Assembly: GCA_013416795.1 (NCBI GenBank)
Contig: RQSC01000006.1
Location: 292,114 to 302,966, forward strand
Length of the DNA: 10,853 nt
Source of the DNA: Prasinococcaceae sp. CCMP 1430
Lineage: Eukaryota > Plantae > Prasinodermophyta
Direction: 5' to 3'
Shown here: positions 1 to 7,211 of the stretch, one piece after another
Position numbering within the stretch: the stretch's first letter is position 1
Layout: each line of letters opens with the position of its first letter
Notes under the pieces: model-generated
Database searches by the model: none
What the model was told of the DNA's origin: nothing
What the model saw: only the letters and a program-made list of their open reading frames with translations
Made by a program: the position numbers and the translations under genes

Positions 1-91
<91 letters not shown>

Positions 92-264
92 CGAGTGTGT
101 GTGTGTGCGTGTGACTGTGTGTGTGTGTGTGTGTGACTGTGTGTATGCGCGCGCGTGTGTGTGCGTGTGTGCGTGTGTGTGTGCGCGCGTGTGCGAGTGT
201 GTTTGCGTGTGCGTGTGTGTGTGTGTGTGCGTGTGTGTGCGTATGTGTGTACGCGTGTGCGCGT
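1..264. repeat. (GT)n microsatellite: perfect (GT)43 at 1-86, then a degenerate GT/GC alternating tract to about 264
   Basis: Read directly from the sequence. The purine-pyrimidine alternation continues with scattered GC, GA and AT interruptions. The tract is truncated by the window start. Confidence 0.97.
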
Positions 265-969
265 TCGCGCGCGCGCTCTCCGCCCGCGCCTCGGCGGGCG
301 GGAGGCGGCGCCTTGGCCTCGGCCGGCGGGGCGGAATCATCGCAATCCCGCCGCGCGCGGCCTCGGCCGGCGGGATCGCGACGGAGACGAAAAGACCGCG
401 AAAAAAAAAAACGGACGCCGGAGACAAAAAATATGCGCAGTTGCGCTTTCGGTTTCGGCTGTTGTAAGTACCTGGAAATGCAAATGGATATGAAATGTAT
501 CAACGCGACTGCCAACCACCGGAGCTGAATTAGCCTCAACCGCATTTCCACCGCAGTCGAATCGCACACGAAACCGCATGAAGACGCGGAAGGGGCGTTG
601 CGAAGGCGTCGGCCGACGGGAAACGCGGAAACGCAAAACGCGCCGAAAAAAAAACGATCGAAACCGCCGCCGGAAAAAACGCCGCGAGGACGGGGGCGCG
701 CGGCGGCTTTTGGCGGCGGTGGGAGGCGCGGTTTCGGCGGGGCGGGGGCGGGAGAGGCGCTCTGTGATGTGGCGTGAGACGCACGTCTGAAAGCAATCGT
801 TTGGGTTCAATTTATTACATTTTGACGTGTGAGCACGGCATCATTTGTTATCGTCTAGCGGTGCAGAAGAAATGTGCTTTGATGTTGGAGAGCGAAGCTG
901 CGCGGGGCGATTTCGCGGGGCGGGAATTCGGCGCGCGCGCGCGCGGCCGGCCGCGGGGCGGCGCGCCCG

Positions 970-1714
970 NNNNNNNNNNNNNNNNNNNNNNNNNNNNNNN
1001 NNNNNNNNNNNNNNNNNNNNNNNNNNNNNNNNNNNNNNNNNNNNNNNNNNNNNNNNNNNNNNNNNNNNNNNNNNNNNNNNNNNNNNNNNNNNNNNNNNNN
1101 NNNNNNNNNNNNNNNNNNNNNNNNNNNNNNNNNNNNNNNNNNNNNNNNNNNNNNNNNNNNNNNNNNNNNNNNNNNNNNNNNNNNNNNNNNNNNNNNNNNN
1201 NNNNNNNNNNNNNNNNNNNNNNNNNNNNNNNNNNNNNNNNNNNNNNNNNNNNNNNNNNNNNNNNNNNNNNNNNNNNNNNNNNNNNNNNNNNNNNNNNNNN
1301 NNNNNNNNNNNNNNNNNNNNNNNNNNNNNNNNNNNNNNNNNNNNNNNNNNNNNNNNNNNNNNNNNNNNNNNNNNNNNNNNNNNNNNNNNNNNNNNNNNNN
1401 NNNNNNNNNNNNNNNNNNNNNNNNNNNNNNNNNNNNNNNNNNNNNNNNNNNNNNNNNNNNNNNNNNNNNNNNNNNNNNNNNNNNNNNNNNNNNNNNNNNN
1501 NNNNNNNNNNNNNNNNNNNNNNNNNNNNNNNNNNNNNNNNNNNNNNNNNNNNNNNNNNNNNNNNNNNNNNNNNNNNNNNNNNNNNNNNNNNNNNNNNNNN
1601 NNNNNNNNNNNNNNNNNNNNNNNNNNNNNNNNNNNNNNNNNNNNNNNNNNNNNNNNNNNNNNNNNNNNNNNNNNNNNNNNNNNNNNNNNNNNNNNNNNNN
1701 NNNNNNNNNNNNNN
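970..1714. other. Assembly gap (745 N)
   Basis: Run of N. It contains the missing 5' end of the Pro/Thr-rich gene. Confidence 0.99.
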
Positions 1715-1715
1715 C

Positions 1716-2798
1716 GCGCCCATCGTGCCGGTGGGGCCCGTGGCGCCCACCCGCGAGCCGCTGCCGGCCGCGCCCACGCGCCCCGCCCCGCCGACGGAGG
1801 CCCCCACGCGCCGCCCGACGGCCAACCCGACGGCCGCCCCGACCGCGGCGCCCACCAAGTCGCCCACCGTGCCCCCGACGTACTCGCCGGCCGTCAACCC
1901 GTGCGGCGGCAAATCGCCCGGCAAATACCCGGCTATGTTCACGATCGACAAGGAGACGGGCGACTTTTCGCACCCGACGGTGCAGTACAAGCCCCCCCCC
2001 AACGCGTCGCTGCCCGAGCTGAAGCCGTGCGACAACAAGTTCCGCCCCAACGGCGTCGAGTGGGGAGAGCCCGCCACCGCGTTCGGGGTGATTTTTGACA
2101 TCCGTAGCTCGTTCTGCACGGGACCGAAGTTCTTTCCGAAAAACAACGTGGATGTGCAGTGCACCGCCGACTGCGACGCGCCGCGCACGCAGATCAAGCT
2201 CGCCAGCTCCTTCTCCTACGCCAACAGCTGGGTGGACCCTCCGTACCTGTACACGGTGATAGCCTCCTACGGCGTCAACATCGAGCCCCCGCCCTACGGC
2301 GTGCCCGACGGCAACGTGGTCGTCGACGTGCCCATCAAGCTGCTGTCCACCACCAACGACCCCAACCAGTGGCCTAACAACGGCACGTGCTACAGCGCGC
2401 CCGGCAACCTCGAGGACGGCCTGCCGCCCGCTCCGCCGCTCGAGGAGCTCATCCCGCCAGAGGAGCTCTGCCCCGACGGCGCGGCACCCGGTAGCGATGG
2501 GTGCAAGAAGCTGTGCCCGGACAAGGTGTCCATCATCAACAAGACACCCACCATCATCAAGATGCCGGGTAACGGCATCGAGTTCGCGCTCAAGCCCTTC
2601 TTCAAGGTCAACAAGCTCATCGGCGAGGGGACGCTGGAGACCGAGGGCGGCAAGACCGACACCAACCACTTTTGGGCGCCGGAGGGCAAGGAGACCAAGG
2701 TGGAGGTGTGGGCCGAGCTGGTGCCGGTGGAGTGCCTCCCCCCCGACACGCCCACCAAGGCGCCCGTCGCCGAGTTGATCCCGGCGCCGTTGCCGTAG
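1716..2798 (+). CDS. 5'-partial Pro/Thr-rich (xxPT repeat) protein with a Cys-containing C-terminal domain; probable secreted or surface glycoprotein of unknown family
   Basis: The frame is open from the gap edge (GCG CCC ATC...) to TAG at 2796-2798, with strongly G/C-ending codons. It has eight consecutive xxPT tetrapeptides, 10 Cys in the downstream region and N-glycosylation sequons (NAS, NGT, NKT). The signal peptide is not visible because it would lie in the gap, so secretion is inferred. Confidence 0.85.
   Translation, partial: APIVPVGPVAPTREPLPAAPTRPAPPTEAPTRRPTANPTAAPTAAPTKSPTVPPTYSPAVNPCGGKSPGKYPAMFTIDKETGDFSHPTVQYKPPPNASLPELKPCDNKFRPNGVEWGEPATAFGVIFDIRSSFCTGPKFFPKNNVDVQCTADCDAPRTQIKLASSFSYANSWVDPPYLYTVIASYGVNIEPPPYGVPDGNVVVDVPIKLLSTTNDPNQWPNNGTCYSAPGNLEDGLPPAPPLEELIPPEELCPDGAAPGSDGCKKLCPDKVSIINKTPTIIKMPGNGIEFALKPFFKVNKLIGEGTLETEGGKTDTNHFWAPEGKETKVEVWAELVPVECLPPDTPTKAPVAELIPAPLP
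1785..1889 (+). repeat. Coding tetrapeptide repeat APPT-EAPT-RRPT-ANPT-AAPT-AAPT-KSPT-VPPT-YSP (PT-repeat-like stalk)
   Basis: Period-4 Pro-Thr spacing in the translation and 12-nt periodicity in the DNA. Confidence 0.9.
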
Positions 2799-2910
2799 GC
2801 GGCGGCGGCGGCGGCAGCAGCGGACACCGCGCGCGGACAACACAATAGACGCCCACCACCATCGCGCAGCGGCCGTCACCCCACGCACGCAGTAGTTGCC
2901 TACAAGCATA

Positions 2911-2920
2911 TTTTATTACA
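2911..2920 (-). terminator. Putative polyadenylation signal TGTAATAAAA (overlapping TGTAA and AATAAA) for the helicase gene
   Basis: The + strand reads ttttattaca at 2911-2920, about 45 nt downstream of the helicase stop on the - strand. UGUAA is the established chlorophyte poly(A) signal. Confidence 0.6.
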
Positions 2921-2963
2921 GCAAGGAGTGTTTCCCCGCCCGTCGTAGGCCGTCCACCACCAC

Positions 2964-4735
2964 CTAAGCTTTCGCGCCGCCGCCCGCGGCGCCGGCGTCG
3001 CCCCCCCCTGCGGAGTGCCTCTTGTCGCCTGCGTGCCGCCGCTTGCTCGCGCCGACCATCGCCCGCTTCTTGCGCGCCTGGAAGTCGTCCCACTTAGTGG
3101 TGACGTTGACGGCCTCGCGGCGGCCGGCGGGGCGCGACCACTCGCCCGTGCCGGTGCCGCGGGCGCTCTTGGATCGCGTGGGCTTGGCGAGCTTGAGCGT
3201 CCACTCGGGCACCTCGCAGCCGGAGGCCGCCATGATGCCCGCCACGCCGCGCAGCGCGCCCTTGTCGTCGTCGGTGAAGAAGGTCCAGCACGCGCCCTTG
3301 CGGCCGGCGCGCCCAGTGCGCCCCACGCGGTGCACGTACGCCTGCGCCGAGTCGGGCGCGTCGTATTGGATGACCGACGCCACGCCCTTGAAGTCCAGCC
3401 CTCGCGAGCCCACGTCGGTCAGGATGAGCGTCCACACCTTGCCCGCCCGGAACTGCTCCACCACCTCCTCGCGCTGCGCGCGCGTGCGCCCGGCGTGCAG
3501 CACGCCCGCGCGCCACGGCTCGTATCGGCAGGCCTCCCAGAGCGTCTGCGCGCGCTCCTGGCTCGAGGCGAAGACCAGCGCGGGCGTGAGCGCGCCACCG
3601 CCGGCGAGCAGAGAGCGCAGCGCGAGCAGCTTGCCCTTCTCGTCGCCCACGTACTTCAGCTCCTGCCGCACGGTCGTCGCCGACGCGCCGCGCACGCCCA
3701 CGGTGATGCGCAGCGGCGCGGCCAGCACCGAGCGCGCGAGCGCCTCCGCCGCGTCCGGCAGCGTCGCGCTGAAGAACCCGCGCACCACCTCCGGGTGCGT
3801 GCACGCCGCCACAGCGGCATCCGCCTCGGCCACGAAATCGAGCTCCAGCAGCTTGTCCGCCTCATCGAGCACCAGGAGCCGCACGCCCGACAGGTCGATG
3901 GCCGGCTTCGGCGCGGGCGCGCCGCCCTCGTCCTCGTCGCTGCCCGCGTCGCCGTCGCCGTCGCTATCGCCGTCGCCGTCGCCGTCGCTCTCGCTCTCCG
4001 CGGCGCCGCCCTTCGCGCTCCGGCGCTTCCTGCTCCTCGCCGCGCCCTTGCCGCCGCGCACCCTGCTCTTCACGCTTCGCCCGAGCGCCTGGGCGAGGCG
4101 CGCGGGCGTCGCCACCAGCGCGCCGGGCGCGTCGTTCGCCCAGTCGACGCCCGCAAGCGTCGCCTTGGTGAGCAGGCGCGCGCGCATGCAGCGGTCCTTC
4201 GCGCCGGGTGGGAGCAGGAGCTTGAGCTCGCGCAGGGTCTGCTGCGCGAGCTCGGCGGTGGGGGAGAGCAGGAGCACCTTCACCCCGCCGCCGTCCTCGT
4301 CGGCCGCCCGGCCCTCGGCGCGTGCGCGCCGCTCCCTCTCCATCGCCGCGACCGCGGGCAGCAGGAATGCGAGGGTCTTGCCCGACCCCGTGGGCGCCAC
4401 GCCGAGCACCTCGGCGCCGGAGCACAGCGCGGGCACCGCCTGGCTCTGCACGGGCGTCGGCGTCGCGTGCGCGCGTTCGCGCAGCGACGCGAGGACCGTG
4501 CGCGGCAGCGCCACGCCACACGCGGCCTCGAGCGCCCCCTCGTCGAACGCCCTCAGCGGCGGCGGCGCCGCGCCTCCGGACACCTTTATCTTGTGCTGCT
4601 TGCGGTAGAGATTGTCCGCCTCCTCGCGCTGCGCAGCCGACGGGCCGCTGCCGCGCGAGGCCCTCTCCGCCTTCTCGGCGGCTCGGCGCTCGCGCTTGTT
4701 GGGCGCTGGGGCGCCGCCGGCGCCGGCAACGGCGC
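2964..4735 (-). CDS. DDX52: DEAD-box RNA helicase, DDX52/Rok1 (plant RH57) type, 5'-partial
   Basis: All helicase motifs are present: Q (PTPVQSQAVP), I (APTGSGKT), Ia (SPTAELAQQ), Ib (ATPARL), II (DEAD), III (SAT), IV, V (SRGLDF) and VI (HRVGRTGRAG). Segments resembling the Rok1/RH57 subfamily as I recall it include YRKQHKIKVSG..PPPL, EKGKLLALR and GCEVPEW. Stop TAG is at 2964-2966. The GTG start at 4820 in the ORF track lies beyond the N at 4736 and is not trusted. Confidence 0.9.
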
Positions 4736-4736
4736 N
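4736..4736. other. Single-N scaffold join, probably hiding a much larger gap
   Basis: The coding strand and codon bias switch exactly at this base: helicase on - to the left, a different coding fragment on + to the right. Confidence 0.7.
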
Positions 4737-4934
4737 CTGCGCGGCTGCAGCATCAACCTCGGAGAACACCGCCAAGTGGCCCCCGAGGCGCGCGCCAGCC
4801 TGCCGCCAGGTACCACGCACAACACCTTCACTGACATCGCCTTCGAGGTGGCGCCAGCGCGGCGCCCTGTGGCGGCGAGCAGCAGCAGCCGCCGCCGGCC
4901 GCCGCCCGCCGACGCGAAGACGGATGCGAACTGA
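4737..4934 (+). CDS. 3'-terminal fragment (65 aa) of an unidentified protein: LRGCSINLGEHRQVAPEARASLPPGTTHNTFTDIAFEV...DAKTDAN*
   Basis: Only 9 of 65 + frame codons end in A/T, versus about 20 of 65 in the in-register - frame. It ends in TGA at 4932-4934, followed by an AT-rich 3'-UTR-like island at about 4961-4986. Confidence 0.6.
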   Translation: MRGCSINLGEHRQVAPEARASLPPGTTHNTFTDIAFEVAPARRPVAASSSSRRRPPPADAKTDAN

Positions 4935-5326
4935 CCTGAAAAAAGGAACAATCCCGTGGGTATTTTATATATTAAACATTATTTACCACACGCGTTCCGC
5001 GGGCGCGGCGTCCCCCGAGTGCGCGCGGCATCGGGTGTCGAGTCCGACGAGGCGCTCTCCGCCCTGGGCAGGGGTGGCTTGCGTGCCTGCGTGGGGCTGC
5101 GGGCGCCTGCGTGGGCGCGCTCGCAGGCCCTCGCGGGGCGCTGGGCGCGCGCGCGCGGTCTGCTCCCTCCTCGACACCGCGCGAGTGTGGCTCTAGTGCA
5201 TGCGGGCGTGGCCCGCCTGTGTTATGGTACTCTCGCTAGTGCTCTAGTGTGCCGCGCGCGCCCCCCTCGCCCGCCCACGCGGCGACCTCCGCTGGGCAGC
5301 TGCTGCGCGGGTGGGGTGGTGGGTGC

Positions 5327-5395
5327 GTACGTGTAGTGCGTGCGCGTGTGTGGGTGTGCGCGCGCGCGCGAAGGCGCGTGTGTGCGCGCGCGCTC
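5327..5395. repeat. Degenerate (GT/GC)n alternating purine-pyrimidine tract in the SAT 3' flank
   Basis: Sequence reads tgcgtacgtgtagtgcgtgcgcgtgtgtgggtgtgcgcgcgcgcgcgaaggcgcgtgtgtgcgcgcgcgc. Confidence 0.7.
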
Positions 5396-5406
5396 GCCGC
5401 GTTCTC

Positions 5407-6246
5407 TCAAAGCTTGGCGCGCGGCCGCGCCGCGGCGAACAGGCCCCGGCGCGGCGACTTTGCGCCGCCGCCGCCGCCAGCCCCGGCGTCTTTCTCTGCC
5501 TCCGACGCCGACCCCGCGCGCCCGTCGCCGCTCGGCTCGTTCCCCGCGCCGCGCCGCCGCAGCAGCACGAGCTCGCTGAGGCGCTCGCGCAGGCCGCTCG
5601 ACCCCGCCATGTCGAAGAGCAGCGAATCGTCGGCGACGTGGTCGGACGCGCCAGCGCCCGCGCCGGCGGCGCCCCTCCGTTTCTTGACCTGCACGCCCAC
5701 CACGCCCACGATGGTGGCACCGGGCGGCACGTCGCGCACCACGGTGGTGCCGGCGCCGATCTTGGCCTGCGCGCCCACCTTGATGCAGCCCAGCAGCGAC
5801 GCGCCCGCGCCGATGAAGACGCCGTCGCCCACGCTGGGGTGGCGCCTGCCGCGCTCCTTGCCCGTGCCGCCCAGCGTGACGGCGTGCAGCATGGTGACGT
5901 CCCTGCCGACGACGGCCGTCTCGCCGATGACGACGCCCGTGGCGTGGTCCACCATGAAGCCCGGCCCGATGGTGGCCGCCGGGTGGACGTCCATGCCGAA
6001 GGCCTCCGACACGCGGCTCTGGATGAGGCACGCCGCGGCCGTCTTGCCGCGCAGCCACAGCTCGTGCGCGCAGCGGTGCGCCTGCACGCCGGCGAAGCCC
6101 TTGAAGAACACCATGGCGTGCGCCAGCGAGGGGCACGCCGGGTCGCGCGCGCGGATGGCCACCAGGTCCTGCCGCGCGAGCGCGCCCACGTCGCGGCACT
6201 CCGCGGCGGCGCCGTCGTGGCCGCTGGCGCCGCCGCGGCCGTCGAC
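5407..6246 (-). CDS. cysE: Serine O-acetyltransferase (SAT/SERAT, CysE family), 5'-partial, with an extended C-terminal tail ending -AKL
   Basis: Family motifs DL.A...RDPAC, KGF..VQAHR.AH.LW, QSRVSE.FG.DVHPAA.IG, DHATGVVIGETAVVG, LH.VTLGGTGK...RHP.VGDGV.IGAGA (left-handed beta-helix hexapeptides) are present. The frame is open to the gap edge at 6246 (VDGRGGASGHDG...). Stop TGA is at 5407-5409. Confidence 0.95.
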   Translation of the reverse strand, partial: VDGRGGASGHDGAAAECRDVGALARQDLVAIRARDPACPSLAHAMVFFKGFAGVQAHRCAHELWLRGKTAAACLIQSRVSEAFGMDVHPAATIGPGFMVDHATGVVIGETAVVGRDVTMLHAVTLGGTGKERGRRHPSVGDGVFIGAGASLLGCIKVGAQAKIGAGTTVVRDVPPGATIVGVVGVQVKKRRGAAGAGAGASDHVADDSLLFDMAGSSGLRERLSELVLLRRRGAGNEPSGDGRAGSASEAEKDAGAGGGGGAKSPRRGLFAAARPRAKL

Positions 6247-7210
6247 NNNNNNNNNNNNNNNNNNNNNNNNNNNNNNNNNNNNNNNNNNNNNNNNNNNNNN
6301 NNNNNNNNNNNNNNNNNNNNNNNNNNNNNNNNNNNNNNNNNNNNNNNNNNNNNNNNNNNNNNNNNNNNNNNNNNNNNNNNNNNNNNNNNNNNNNNNNNNN
6401 NNNNNNNNNNNNNNNNNNNNNNNNNNNNNNNNNNNNNNNNNNNNNNNNNNNNNNNNNNNNNNNNNNNNNNNNNNNNNNNNNNNNNNNNNNNNNNNNNNNN
6501 NNNNNNNNNNNNNNNNNNNNNNNNNNNNNNNNNNNNNNNNNNNNNNNNNNNNNNNNNNNNNNNNNNNNNNNNNNNNNNNNNNNNNNNNNNNNNNNNNNNN
6601 NNNNNNNNNNNNNNNNNNNNNNNNNNNNNNNNNNNNNNNNNNNNNNNNNNNNNNNNNNNNNNNNNNNNNNNNNNNNNNNNNNNNNNNNNNNNNNNNNNNN
6701 NNNNNNNNNNNNNNNNNNNNNNNNNNNNNNNNNNNNNNNNNNNNNNNNNNNNNNNNNNNNNNNNNNNNNNNNNNNNNNNNNNNNNNNNNNNNNNNNNNNN
6801 NNNNNNNNNNNNNNNNNNNNNNNNNNNNNNNNNNNNNNNNNNNNNNNNNNNNNNNNNNNNNNNNNNNNNNNNNNNNNNNNNNNNNNNNNNNNNNNNNNNN
6901 NNNNNNNNNNNNNNNNNNNNNNNNNNNNNNNNNNNNNNNNNNNNNNNNNNNNNNNNNNNNNNNNNNNNNNNNNNNNNNNNNNNNNNNNNNNNNNNNNNNN
7001 NNNNNNNNNNNNNNNNNNNNNNNNNNNNNNNNNNNNNNNNNNNNNNNNNNNNNNNNNNNNNNNNNNNNNNNNNNNNNNNNNNNNNNNNNNNNNNNNNNNN
7101 NNNNNNNNNNNNNNNNNNNNNNNNNNNNNNNNNNNNNNNNNNNNNNNNNNNNNNNNNNNNNNNNNNNNNNNNNNNNNNNNNNNNNNNNNNNNNNNNNNNN
7201 NNNNNNNNNN
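6247..7210. other. Assembly gap (964 N) containing the 5' ends of the divergent SAT and PP2C genes
   Basis: Run of N. Both flanking frames are open into the gap. Confidence 0.98.
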
Positions 7211-7211
7211 T

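Noticed and set aside
466-476. TACCTGG resembling the U1 snRNA 5' end
   Set aside because: It lacks ATACTTAC and the downstream U1 stems and Sm site.
478-485. ATGCAAAT octamer motif
   Set aside because: This is a metazoan POU-factor site. A single occurrence in an alga-like genome is uninformative.
3-528. ORFs with VCVCVC... translations
   Set aside because: These are translations of the GT microsatellite, with no coding-type codon bias.
763-790. GTGATGT...CTGA as C/D box snoRNA boxes
   Set aside because: The boxes are only about 16 nt apart, the C box is imperfect, and I recognise no rRNA-antisense guide.
800-812. GGTTCAA (and GGTTCG near 10700) as tRNA T-loops
   Set aside because: There is no T-stem, D-arm or acceptor stem.
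3015-4736. Long antisense and off-frame ORFs over the helicase (3015..4934, 3022..4608, etc.) and similar shadows over SAT, PP2C and the PT protein
   Set aside because: These are typical shadow ORFs of very high-GC3 genes: Arg/Ala/Gly-rich with no motifs. Only the part of 3015..4934 right of N4736 was kept.
4818-4820. GTG start of the 618-aa helicase ORF
   Set aside because: GTG is not an expected eukaryotic start. It lies beyond the N join in a segment whose codon bias favours the opposite strand.
4936-4944. Minus-strand TTTTTTCAG as a splice acceptor for the first helicase exon
   Set aside because: The following in-frame peptide does not resemble a DDX52 N-terminus and has poor codon bias. 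It is better explained as the A-rich 3' UTR of the + strand fragment, though not fully excluded.
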